Shown here piece after piece: positions 11,860 to 21,036 of a stretch of DNA of 37,985 nucleotides (position 1 is its first letter; each line of letters begins with the position of its first letter). The translations under genes and the position numbers were made by a program. The notes beneath the pieces were generated by a model. It was not told the origin of the DNA. It saw nothing but the letters and a program-made list of their open reading frames with translations, and made no database searches. Source of the stretch: Bacteroidota bacterium (GTDB lineage Bacteria; Bacteroidota; Rhodothermia; Rhodothermales; Rubricoccaceae); contig JBCCPW010000001.1 in assembly GCA_039024735.1 (NCBI GenBank), forward strand, positions 1-37,985, read 5' to 3'.

Positions 11860-14800
11860 ATGCGAGTCCTCTACGCTCTCGTCGCCCTGCTCGTATGCGC
11901 GACGCTGATCCTCCCCACCTCGGCGCTTGCGCAGCCGTCCTTCACGTCCACCTCGACGTCTCTTCTGAGCCGTGACGACGTGCGCGCGGCGGTCTCCGCC
12001 GACGCCATGACCGGCCCGCTCCGTCACCTCGACGGTACGCTCCAGGCCCTTCACGCCGCACGACAAGCTTATCTCGCAGACCAAGCCGCTGGTCTCACTC
12101 GCCTGTCGTTCGACGAGGCGGTGGGCCTGAGCGCGGTGGCGGGTGAGCGCGTGATCATTGACGCGTTCGCGCACACCGAGGGCGGAGTGGATGCGCTCGC
12201 GAGCGATCTCGCAGCCCTCGGGTTCAAGGAGACCGGCCGCTTCCGGCACATCGTCTCCGGTCGGCTCCCCGTGGACGCCATCGCGGATGCGGCGGCGCTC
12301 AGCACGCTCCGTTCCGCCGCGGCGGCGCTCGCGGCCGTGAATCGGATCCCGGCAGAGCAGATCGAGGCGCTGCGTGCCGTCCGCGATGCCCGCCCTGGAT
12401 CCATCATCGGAGAGGCCAGCGTGGCGCTCCGCGTGGACGGCGCGCGGACACAGTACGGCATTGACGGCTCTGGCATCACCATCGGGGTTCTCTCGGACAG
12501 CTACGACACGGCGACCGCTGGAGGCGGTGCCGCGGGCGGCGTGACCTCGGGGGACCTCCCCGCCTCGGTGAATGTGCTGGACGAGTTTGACTCTCCCGGT
12601 CCTGGAATCGACGAGGGGCGCGCGATGATCGAGGTCGCCTTCGACGTGGCGCCGGGCGCTGATTTCGCGTTTCACACTGCTGTTGAGGGCCAGGCTAGCT
12701 TCGCGCAGGGCATCACGGATCTCCGCAACGCGGGATCGGACGTAGTGGTGGACGACATCATCTACTTCTCCGAGCCCTACTTCCAGGATGGCATCATCGC
12801 GCAGTCCGCCGATGCGTCCTTCGCTGCGGGCGTCCCGTATTTCTCCTCCGCAGGGAACGCAGGCAACCGTGGCTATGAGGCCCTGTTCGTAGACTCTGGC
12901 ACGAGTGTCACTGTCGGGGGTAGGGTCTGCGACCTCCACGACTTTGACCCGGGTCCCGGTGTGGACTTCCTGCTCTCCACATCGCAGGCCGGAGCCGTCA
13001 ACTACAGTCTTCACTACGACGAGCCCTCGGTCCTCGCGGGAGCAGGTCAGGCGCCGACCAGTGATTATGCCCTCGGCTTCTTTTTGGGCGGGTCCACGGT
13101 TGATGTCTTTGACTCCAACAACGCCGCATCGGGTCTGCCCTTTGAGTCCGCAGAACTCAACGGGACCGGTACGTTTAACATCCTGATCCTCCGCTGCTCA
13201 GGAGATGCACGTCAGGTGGCCGTGGTCCCCTTTGGCGGCAACAGTCTGTTCAATGAGTACGGTGGCGGGGAGAGCGGTGGCGCTACGTCCTATGGTCACG
13301 CGAACGCTGCCGGTGCCTTCGGCGTGGGTGCTGCGCCGTGGTTCGACACGCCCCCCTTCACGGCAGCCGCCGAGGCGGTGCCGGAGTCCTTCACGGCGTA
13401 CGGTGGTGTGTTGGTTCGGCTTAATGCAGACGGCACGTTCAAGGCGACACCCGAGGACCGCGAAAAGCCTGACGTGACCGCCTCGGATGCGGACAACAAC
13501 ACGTTCTTCGGCTTCGACGCGACCGAAGACCCCGACACCAACCCCAACTTCTTCGGGACGAGTGCTGCCGCACCCAACCTCGCGGCCGTGGCGGCGCTGA
13601 TGCTCGAGGTGGCCGGCGGCCCTGGCACCATCTCACCGAGTCAGATCTATGCCGCCCTTGAGGGGACGGCCGACGACATCACGGCCTCCGCAGGCACAGC
13701 CGCTGGCTACGACCGGCGCACCGGCAACGGCTTCGTCCGGGGCGACCTCGCCATTGCGGCGTTCGCCTCCGCCCAGGCTGTCGCAGGCAATGCAGGCTGG
13801 CGTTTGCTCGCACCGCCCGCTCCAGGGCTCACCGTGGCAGACCTCGCGGAGATCAACCGTCTCTCGGGCATCCCGGGCTTCGACGAGATCAACAACCCGG
13901 GAGGGAATCCCACCTCGGTGCCTAACATCCTCACCGATTACGACGGCATCACGTTCTTCCCGCCCACTGGCGGCAGCGAGGCGCTCCCCCTCGGCGAGGG
14001 CTTCTGGTGGTACTTCTACGACGTGGACTTCACGGACGGGCCGACCAACCCGAGCATCGCGCTGCCCTTCACACTGGCTGTCAGCGCCGCGCCCACAACC
14101 TCCGACGTGGACGTGACGCTCCACGATGACAACACGAAGGTCAACATGCTCGGCAACCCGTTCGGTGAGAGCCTCGATCTTTCGGGCGCAGCCTCGTGGA
14201 CCGGCGCGGGCAACCTCTTCACACCGGTCTTCGCCATCTACAACGCGGGCTCAAACAGCTACGCCTTCTCTACCACACAGCCGGTCGTCGCGCCGTGGCA
14301 GGGGTTCTTTGCGTACGGCGAGACGGCGGGAACGCTCACCATCCCGGAGTCCGCCCGCACGACGGGAGGCATGCTCAGTCGCGAGGCGGATGAGCGCGTC
14401 TTCCTCGCCTTCGAACTCACCGAGGCGGACCTCGCCGACGGCCAGGAGCCGCTCGCGGACCACGGCGCCGTGCTCTACTTCGACGAGTTCGCCTCGGTGG
14501 GCGAGGACCCGTTCGACCTTGCGAAACTTGCACCGCTCGACCCCGCTCACGTCCTGCTGGCCTTCGAGGCGATCTCGAATGAGGGCGAGCCGGTTCTTCG
14601 CGGGCACGAGGGGCGGTCTCTGCGTGAGGGAGCGTCCGAGATCCCCCTGCACGTCCGGGCCGCCGGTAGCAGCGAGACGCTCACGCTCTCGTGGCCCACG
14701 CTCGACCGCCTCCCTGCGGACTGGACGGTGATGCTCCGTGATACCCAGACCGGCACCGAGGTGGATCTTCGGTCCGAGACGAGCTACACGTTTGAGGTGA

Positions 14801-15213
14801 CTCCGGAGTCTCTCTCGCCGCAGGCCGGTCTCACCGTGCCTGCCCCGAGGCCGATCGCCCTTCCCGGGACGAGAGCCCGTGGTGAATCGGCCCGGTTCAT
14901 GCTGGCCGTGACCCCGCCGCGTTCCACGAGTGAGGAGGTTGACGGTGGCCTCGTGCTCGCCCTCGGCGCTCCGGTGCCGAACCCGGCGAGTGGCGAGGCG
15001 ACGCTCCGGTACGTGCTGCCGACGGCAGGCGCCGTTCGGGTGGATGTGGTGGACCTCCTCGGGCGCACCGTCACGACGCTGGTGGACGGCGAGCGGGCTG
15101 CGGGCGTCGGGACGGCCGTCGTGGACGTGCGGTCTCTGGCGAGCGGCGTGTACGCGGTGCGGCTCGTGGCCGGTGAGGAGATGCGCGTGACGCGTCTGAC
15201 AGTGACGCGGTAA
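11860..15213 (+). CDS. Subtilase-fold (S8/S53-like) serine peptidase with T9SS C-terminal domain (1117 aa)
   Basis: Signal peptide and prodomain; DGSGITIGVLSDS (Asp), DEGRAMIEVAFDVAPGA, SSAGN, KPDVTA, FFGTSAAAP (catalytic Ser); GWRLL...GEGFWWY module; CTD PVPNPASGEATLRY...VVDLLGRTV...LASGVYAVRL. Confidence 0.88.
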   Translation: MRVLYALVALLVCATLILPTSALAQPSFTSTSTSLLSRDDVRAAVSADAMTGPLRHLDGTLQALHAARQAYLADQAAGLTRLSFDEAVGLSAVAGERVIIDAFAHTEGGVDALASDLAALGFKETGRFRHIVSGRLPVDAIADAAALSTLRSAAAALAAVNRIPAEQIEALRAVRDARPGSIIGEASVALRVDGARTQYGIDGSGITIGVLSDSYDTATAGGGAAGGVTSGDLPASVNVLDEFDSPGPGIDEGRAMIEVAFDVAPGADFAFHTAVEGQASFAQGITDLRNAGSDVVVDDIIYFSEPYFQDGIIAQSADASFAAGVPYFSSAGNAGNRGYEALFVDSGTSVTVGGRVCDLHDFDPGPGVDFLLSTSQAGAVNYSLHYDEPSVLAGAGQAPTSDYALGFFLGGSTVDVFDSNNAASGLPFESAELNGTGTFNILILRCSGDARQVAVVPFGGNSLFNEYGGGESGGATSYGHANAAGAFGVGAAPWFDTPPFTAAAEAVPESFTAYGGVLVRLNADGTFKATPEDREKPDVTASDADNNTFFGFDATEDPDTNPNFFGTSAAAPNLAAVAALMLEVAGGPGTISPSQIYAALEGTADDITASAGTAAGYDRRTGNGFVRGDLAIAAFASAQAVAGNAGWRLLAPPAPGLTVADLAEINRLSGIPGFDEINNPGGNPTSVPNILTDYDGITFFPPTGGSEALPLGEGFWWYFYDVDFTDGPTNPSIALPFTLAVSAAPTTSDVDVTLHDDNTKVNMLGNPFGESLDLSGAASWTGAGNLFTPVFAIYNAGSNSYAFSTTQPVVAPWQGFFAYGETAGTLTIPESARTTGGMLSREADERVFLAFELTEADLADGQEPLADHGAVLYFDEFASVGEDPFDLAKLAPLDPAHVLLAFEAISNEGEPVLRGHEGRSLREGASEIPLHVRAAGSSETLTLSWPTLDRLPADWTVMLRDTQTGTEVDLRSETSYTFEVTPESLSPQAGLTVPAPRPIALPGTRARGESARFMLAVTPPRSTSEEVDGGLVLALGAPVPNPASGEATLRYVLPTAGAVRVDVVDLLGRTVTTLVDGERAAGVGTAVVDVRSLASGVYAVRLVAGEEMRVTRLTVTR

Positions 15214-15240
15214 CCGGGTCGCCTCGGCGTCCTACGACTT

Positions 15241-15273
15241 GGCCCGCCTCGGTGCTCTTCACCGAGGCGGGCC
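15241..15273 (+). terminator. Perfect motif-built hairpin, probable intrinsic terminator of the peptidase gene
   Basis: GGCCCGCCTCGGTG-CTCTT-CACCGAGGCGGGCC followed by GTTTCGTT, 28 nt after the TAA. Confidence 0.7.
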
Positions 15274-15348
15274 GTTTCGTTGGGGGATTCGGGCGGACTG
15301 CGTCGGGTGGCGTCTACCGTCTCCGAACCATTCCGGGGCACCGAGGCG

Positions 15349-15572
15349 GACAATCGACCGCCGACCACAGACAGCGGACCGCCGCTGCGCTTCTTCGTCG
15401 CTCTGCCGTGAGCGGTCGTTCGGGTCGCAGACCGTGACCCTATCGTGTTCAGCGAACTGGTGGTGGGTGCGTTGCGCTGAGCACTCGGCAGGTCGGTCGG
15501 GTGCCCCCGGTTCCCCTGAGACCACGGACGACCCGGCCGAGGACCGCTCAACAACGGCCGTTGTCTGTGGTC
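15349..15572. repeat. GAC-heptamer repeats with inverted partners
   Basis: GACAATC GACCGCC GACCACA GACAGCG GACCGCC (15349-15383); GACCACG GACGACC (15520-15533) with inverted GGCCGTTGTCTGTGGTC (15556-15572). Confidence 0.6.
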
Positions 15573-15998
15573 CCCCTGCATCGAGGCCCCTGGATCAAAC
15601 GCTGCTCGGGCAGCCACACAAGTGCAGACACACGGCCCGTGTGCTCTGTGGCGTCCCGCAACCGGGTGGGGGTTTGGCGAGGCGCGAGCACCGAGGCGGA
15701 CTCCTCCGTCTTTCGGGCGCCTGCCTCGCGGGAGGACAACAGCCTGTACCTCCGGCAGCAGTCGTCCACCCCTCGTGAGAGAAGGCCCCTCCTGGGTCTC
15801 GCGAGGACGTGGCAGAACCGCTGGCCAGACGCCCCCGACTCTGCCCCAATGGCTAATTCCGGACCGAGGCGGGCAGGCGCGATGGCGCGCGGTTCGTAGC
15901 GCCCGTCTCGCGCGGTCTGGACTCGCCTCGGTGCTCCTCGTACGGTCACCGAGGCGGGGTGTCCGCCTCGGTCATTCGGTGTCGTACGGATGGGTCGG

Positions 15999-16928
15999 CT
16001 ACTCCGCGTCGGCGCGAGCCGCTTCGATGGCCTCCACAAACACCGTCAGCGGCTGGTTGCCGTTGACGAAGCGCCCATTGACGAAGAACGCGGGCGTGCC
16101 GCTCACGCCGTTCTCATCGCCCAGGGCACTCTGGGCATCCACGGACGCAGACACCACCTGGTAGGCCTCGGACGACTCGTCCGTCGCGCAGGTCTCCCAC
16201 GCCGCGAGGTCAATCCCGGACCCGGAGAGGGCGCTGCGAGACCGGGCGATCACGTTCGTCACCTCGATCTCGCGCTGCTGTGCGAAGTAAGCGTCGTGTA
16301 GCGTCCAGAAGGCTTCGTTGCTCTGCTGGGCTGCGCAGGTAGACGCGATGGCGGCGGGTGTTGCCCATGGATGGTTGCCCAGCGGGAAGTGCGCGTAGAT
16401 GAGCTTCACGTCCTCCGGGTACTGCTCCAGAACCGTCTCGACCGTGGACGAGGCGAGCCGACAGTACGGGCACTCAAAGTCCGAGAACTCGATGATGGTG
16501 ACGGGCGCGTTGGGATTGCCTCGGACGGGGAGCCCCGCCGTTGCCGTCGCGAGGGCCTCGGCCCGCTCACGCGCCTCGGCGATTTCGGCCTCACCTGCCT
16601 CGGTGCGCGCCTGCGCCAACTCGTCCGCCGTGCGGCTCGCGTTGATGGCCTCCGAGGCGACGAGGTAGAGCGCGGCGTTGTCTCGCGTCACGAGGAACGG
16701 CTGCGGCGGCTGCCCAGCGATCAGAATGGTGCCCTCATCCATCCCGGCAGAGACGGCCACCAGCGTATCGATGGAGACCGGAAGGTCTGCGATCTGAGGA
16801 AACTCGTGCTTGAGGTTGGCGACGAGAAGGGCCTTCCGCTCCTCGGACGAGTCGGCAGGTTGGCTGTTGGCCGGGCCGCAGCCCACGAGGACGGCCGCGA
16901 GAAGAGCGAGGGTGAACGTGCGAGGCAT
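15999..16928 (-). CDS. DsbA/BdbD-like thiol-disulfide oxidoreductase, lipoprotein (309 aa)
   Basis: Lipobox LVGC; RGNPNAPVTIIEFSDFECPYC; YAHFPL; GVSGTPAFFVNG (cis-Pro loop). Confidence 0.92.
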   Translation of the reverse strand: MPRTFTLALLAAVLVGCGPANSQPADSSEERKALLVANLKHEFPQIADLPVSIDTLVAVSAGMDEGTILIAGQPPQPFLVTRDNAALYLVASEAINASRTADELAQARTEAGEAEIAEARERAEALATATAGLPVRGNPNAPVTIIEFSDFECPYCRLASSTVETVLEQYPEDVKLIYAHFPLGNHPWATPAAIASTCAAQQSNEAFWTLHDAYFAQQREIEVTNVIARSRSALSGSGIDLAAWETCATDESSEAYQVVSASVDAQSALGDENGVSGTPAFFVNGRFVNGNQPLTVFVEAIEAARADAE

Positions 16929-17037
16929 GACGTCGGGTGGAAGGCGTGAGGTCAGAGTACGGCGGTCAGAGGACGTTCGTGTGTCGCGCGCGAGGGCGCG
17001 AGAATCGTTCCGCCTCGGGCCCGAGACGGGATGGGCA

Positions 17038-17077
17038 GAAAAGAGGAGGGCGGCCCGCGCAGTGCGAGCCGCCCTCC
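17038..17077 (-). terminator. Rho-independent terminator of the OmpA-domain gene (not motif-based)
   Basis: The minus strand reads GGAGGGCGGC-TCGCACTGCGCGG-GCCGCCCTCC followed by TCTTTTC. Confidence 0.8.
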
Positions 17078-17133
17078 GGGCACGTCCAGCCAGCGGGTGC
17101 GCTAGGCCACCGCCGACCGGTCAGGACGTGGAG

Positions 17134-18861
17134 CTACCGGCGCGAGATGCCAGTGGGCGTGAACATCCCGTCGGCCGGGATGGAGTCGCCACGGCGGGCG
17201 CGGCCGTCACCCGGTCCCGGATCCTCCTTGGAGTTGGCGTTCGGGTCCTGCCCGAGGCCCTCCGCACGGAGGCGGTCCATGTCGATGCCGTTGGCGACGT
17301 AGTAGTCGCGGATGGCGTCGGCACGAGCCTGGGAGAGGCGAAGCTGATCATCCTCGCGGTCGTCCGTGTAGCCACGGATGAGCACGTTGATGTCCGAGCA
17401 GCGGCGGAGCACGTCGAGGTTTTCGTCGAGGCGCTCGCGAGCGTCGGCCGTGAGGGCGGCGCTGCCGAACTCGAAGTAGACCGAGTTGAGCTCCGAGACA
17501 TCAGCGCAGAACGTGTCGATGACGGTGACCATCGCCGTGCACGTGTCTGAGCCGTGCGCGTTGGTCGCGGTCGCCGTGACCGTGTACGAACCGACATCGC
17601 TGTAGCTGTGACGCGTCGGGAAGGTGACCCCGCTGTCGCTGTCGCCGTCGCCCCAGTCCACCGAGATGGAGACCGGCTGCGAGGCGTCGTTGTTGACGCT
17701 GCCGTTCAGAGTCACGGTCTCGCCCAGGCCGATCTGGGACGGCGTGATCCGGCAGGCCGTCAGTTGCGGCGGGATGCGCGGCTCCACGACGGTCACCACG
17801 CAGGTGTCCATCGACTCGTTGTAGTCGCCCGCTGCGGTTGCCGTGACGGTGTAGGTGCCGGGCGTGCGGTACGTGTGGGACGTGCTCATCCCCGCTCCCG
17901 TGGAGCCGTCGCCCCAATCCCAGGAGATGCTGATCGGCGGGGTGGCGTCCTCGTTCGTGATCGCCATGAAGGAGCCGGACTCGCCCGCGATGAGTTCACC
18001 CGTGGGGCACTCGAGGCGCATGACCTCGACCTCCGTGTACGGCTTCTTGAAGGCGAACTTCAGACCGCCGCCGTACATCACGAGGTTGTCGTAGTCGGAG
18101 TCGTCTCCGAACGTGCCGATCTGGCTCGCATCGGGGAAGCAGCTCTGGTTGCTCGCCGTCCGTGCGCCGGGGTTCGTGCCGTCCACGGCGCAGTCGTCGA
18201 AGATCCACGAGACGTCGGCCTCGAGGAAGAGAGAGAGACGGTCGCCGAGCATGTAGTCTAGGCCGACGCCCGCGTAGGGACCGACACCGACGCTTCGGTT
18301 GATGTTGACCGTCCGCGTGGTGCCATCGCTGTTCGGAATCTCCGCGCTCTGGTTGTCGCTTCCGAACGTGAACTGGGCCCCCAGGTTGACGTATGGCGAG
18401 AGGCGAGACGACGGGAACGGCATGTACCGGAGCGCAGCCGTTGCGTTGTAGAGCGTCTCCGATCCCTGATTCACGCTGTAGGTCGTGGCATCAGTTGAAC
18501 TCTGGAGGATGACGGGGAAGCCAGAATCCAGTGCAGCGTACTGTGCGTAGTTCAAGCCAAGGCCCAAGCCGAGGGACTCCGTGAACTGGTACCCGATCTC
18601 GGGGCCGATCAGGAACCCAAAGTTCTCGGTCAGCCAGTCAGTTCCGGTGGGGGGCTGAAGGGTCGCGCTCGGCACGTCATAGTTCTGGTCGAGGTCGCCA
18701 CCGTACGCGGTGAGGCCGCCCTTCAGAGCGACGTAGATGGAGTTGCTCGGCCGGACAATCTGCGCGTGAGCCGACGTGGCGAGCAGCAGCGCCGTGCACC
18801 CGAGCAGGATGGCGGTGGAGAGACGCAGAGTCGAGGTCGTCTCCTGTCGGTTCAAAGCCAT
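17134..18861 (-). CDS. Outer-membrane beta-barrel + 2 PKD domains + OmpA C-terminal peptidoglycan-binding domain (about 575 aa)
   Basis: Signal peptide ending AHA-Q; amphipathic barrel strands ending YGGGLKFAF; WDWGDG and VDWGDG PKD motifs with HTY/HSY..G.YTVT; SVYFEFGSAAL...IRGYTD...LSQARA OmpA domain. Start trimmed to ATG 18861. Confidence 0.88.
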   Translation of the reverse strand: MALNRQETTSTLRLSTAILLGCTALLLATSAHAQIVRPSNSIYVALKGGLTAYGGDLDQNYDVPSATLQPPTGTDWLTENFGFLIGPEIGYQFTESLGLGLGLNYAQYAALDSGFPVILQSSTDATTYSVNQGSETLYNATAALRYMPFPSSRLSPYVNLGAQFTFGSDNQSAEIPNSDGTTRTVNINRSVGVGPYAGVGLDYMLGDRLSLFLEADVSWIFDDCAVDGTNPGARTASNQSCFPDASQIGTFGDDSDYDNLVMYGGGLKFAFKKPYTEVEVMRLECPTGELIAGESGSFMAITNEDATPPISISWDWGDGSTGAGMSTSHTYRTPGTYTVTATAAGDYNESMDTCVVTVVEPRIPPQLTACRITPSQIGLGETVTLNGSVNNDASQPVSISVDWGDGDSDSGVTFPTRHSYSDVGSYTVTATATNAHGSDTCTAMVTVIDTFCADVSELNSVYFEFGSAALTADARERLDENLDVLRRCSDINVLIRGYTDDREDDQLRLSQARADAIRDYYVANGIDMDRLRAEGLGQDPNANSKEDPGPGDGRARRGDSIPADGMFTPTGISRR

Positions 18862-18993
18862 GGAGGAGGGGGTGGGGGTGAGGGGCGAGCCAGAGGGGGA
18901 GTGGCAGACGCCGAGATGGACGTGAGGGGTACCGGAAAGGACAGCACGCCCCGCAGAGCGGGATGTCCAAGTATCCGAAGAGAATCGGCCGCT

Positions 18994-19009
18994 TGCAAGG
19001 ATTGGGCCG
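18994..19009 (-). promoter_or_regulatory. Candidate sigma-54 (-24/-12) promoter upstream of the OmpA-domain gene
   Basis: The minus strand reads CGGCCCAATCCTTGCA, which is GG-N10-GC with TTGCA, about 130 nt upstream of the start. Confidence 0.4.
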
Positions 19010-19149
19010 ATCCTGGACCGATCAGTGGACACCGTCTGGAATCGGGGTCACGCGGGTGGGGAAGCCGAGAACTTCCGGTTCCTCCACCTGTTCCGACCGA
19101 GGCGGTGACACGGCCGGTAGACACGAAGCACCGTGCCAGAGGCGAGGCC

Positions 19150-19401
19150 CTAGAGCGACTGGACGTGCCGCTCGAGCTGGCTCTTGAGATTGGCCGCCTT
19201 GTTCGGGTGCAGGATCCGCCGTGTCGCCATGCGGTCGAGCTGGGCCTTGACCTCCCGAAGCTTGGGCTCGGCCGCTGCGCGGTCGGTCATGGCCTGGAGG
19301 TCCTTCATCAGCGTGCGGACGCGAACCTTGTGCTGGCGGTTACGAAGGCGGCGCTTGGCGTCCTGTCGGACGCGCTTGGCGGCGGATTTGTGCTGGGGCA
19401 T
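19150..19401 (-). CDS. rpsT: 30S ribosomal protein S20 (83 aa)
   Basis: MPQHKSAAKRVRQDAKRRLRNRQHKVRVRT...LDRMATRRILHPNKAANLKSQL. Confidence 0.97.
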   Translation of the reverse strand: MPQHKSAAKRVRQDAKRRLRNRQHKVRVRTLMKDLQAMTDRAAAEPKLREVKAQLDRMATRRILHPNKAANLKSQLERHVQSL

Positions 19402-19594
19402 GAGAAGCGCGAAGCTGGTCGGGTGGCCCGGCATCCTCCGGGCAGGGTTTCGGTCAGAGTTCAACGGGGCCAAAAGAGCGACCCCGAAGTAGCCCACTAA
19501 GTTAGATGGCCCTCTGTGCAGATGAAGCGAAAGCGCGCCCTGTGCGCTGTCTGCACCGAATCCACGCGACGGGCGGCCTCCGGTGCCGTGCCTC

Positions 19595-20512
19595 ATGCTC
19601 GACTTCCTCCGCGACCTCTTCTCGCGCCCCGGTGCTCCCCGCACGGTCATCCTGTTGGAGCCCGACACGATGAGCACGCCGCGCCAGTACGAGGTGCGGC
19701 CGAGCTATGCGGCCTACGCGACGGTGATCGGGACGGTGCTGCTCGCGGCGGTCCTGATTGTGCTGGTGGTGTTGACTCCTCTGCGCCGGGTCCTCGCCGG
19801 GCCAACGGCGACCGAACTTCGCGGCACGGCCGAGGACAACGCCCGCCGCGCGGCCGCGCTCGAAGATTCCCTCTCGACGCAGTATCGGCAGATCGAGCAG
19901 CTTCGCGCGCTGATCACGGGCGACCTCTCAGACGAGATGCTCCTCGATCCCGAAGCCATCGAACTCCCCTCGGAGGACGACCTCGCCGAGGCGGAGGCCG
20001 GCCAACCGCTCCGCCTCGGTGTGGACACGCCCGAGGTGGAGCGACCGGCGCTTCCGCTCCGGGGCCTCCGGGCCAGGGGAGAGGGCGCGGCGCCGAGTCC
20101 GGCCGCCCAAGCCTACCTCGCGAGCCTCCGGCTTCCCGTCCCGCCGCCCCTTGACGGGGTGGTCTCGCGCGGATACCATGCCGCCTCGGGGCATTTCGGA
20201 TTGGACATCGCGACGGACGAGGGGACACCCGTGCGCGCCATCGGCGAGGGCTACGTGGTCTTCGCGGACTGGACCGATGCGGGCGGGTGGACCGTTGCTG
20301 TCCAGCATGCAGACGGCTACCTTTCGGTGTACAAGCACAACGGGCGCCTGCTCAAGCGTATCGGCGACCGCGTCCGAAATCGCGAGACCGTCGCGCTCTC
20401 GGGCGACTCTGGCGGGGTGACGTCCGGGCCGCACCTCCACCTCGAAATCTGGCACGACGGACTGGCGCAGGACCCAGCCGCGTACCTGATCCTCCCTTCA
20501 CGCGGGCGCTGA
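19595..20512 (+). CDS. M23 family metallo-endopeptidase with N-terminal TM helix and coiled coil (305 aa)
   Basis: Zinc motifs HFGLD (HxxxD), YKH and GPHLHLE; TM segment near the N-terminus. Confidence 0.92.
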   Translation: MLDFLRDLFSRPGAPRTVILLEPDTMSTPRQYEVRPSYAAYATVIGTVLLAAVLIVLVVLTPLRRVLAGPTATELRGTAEDNARRAAALEDSLSTQYRQIEQLRALITGDLSDEMLLDPEAIELPSEDDLAEAEAGQPLRLGVDTPEVERPALPLRGLRARGEGAAPSPAAQAYLASLRLPVPPPLDGVVSRGYHAASGHFGLDIATDEGTPVRAIGEGYVVFADWTDAGGWTVAVQHADGYLSVYKHNGRLLKRIGDRVRNRETVALSGDSGGVTSGPHLHLEIWHDGLAQDPAAYLILPSRGR

Positions 20513-20550
20513 CCTTCTCAGGCGAGACCCGCCAGCCCTTTCCTGCCCCG

Positions 20551-21036
20551 ATGGCCCTCTTCCGTTCCGCCTCGGAGTCCCCGTCTGGATCCCCCCTCCC
20601 CATGGCCAAGACCCGCACCTCTGCCCCCGTGTCCTCCGCTGACCAGCACAACATCATCGGGTCCGGGTCCGTCGTGGAGGGGACGCTTCGTGCCGGAGGC
20701 AACGTCCACGTCTCAGGCACGGTCAACGGCAACGTGGAGGTGGACGGCCGGACGGTCGTGATGCCGGGCGGCGTGATCGACGGCGAACTCGTCTCGTCCA
20801 GCGCCGAGGTGGGCGGGCGCGTGAAAGGTCACGTGCGGTGCTCGGATCGTCTCGTGCTCAAGCCGACGGCCGTGATCGACGGCGACATCCAGACGGTGAA
20901 GCTGGTGATTGAGGACGGCGCGACGTTCAACGGCCGCTGTCAGATGGGGCCGACCGCCGGGCAGCGTCGCTCCGGTGAGTCGCGAGGGGACCGCACGCGC
21001 AGTGCACCCGCCACCGAGGCGAAGAACGCCGCGTGA
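20551..21036 (+). CDS. Bactofilin (polymer-forming cytoskeletal protein); alternative start at 20602
   Basis: NIIGSGSVVEGTLRAGGNVHVSGTVNGNV...GRVKGHVRCSDRLVLKPTAVIDGDIQTVKLVIEDGATFNGRCQM beta-helix signature. Confidence 0.93.
   Translation: MALFRSASESPSGSPLPMAKTRTSAPVSSADQHNIIGSGSVVEGTLRAGGNVHVSGTVNGNVEVDGRTVVMPGGVIDGELVSSSAEVGGRVKGHVRCSDRLVLKPTAVIDGDIQTVKLVIEDGATFNGRCQMGPTAGQRRSGESRGDRTRSAPATEAKNAA

Noticed and set aside
15577-15760. 6S RNA or c-di-GMP riboswitch call
   Set aside because: Only short word matches were found. The long closing stem of 6S and the GAAA tetraloop/receptor of c-di-GMP-I are missing, and no downstream gene is suitably oriented.
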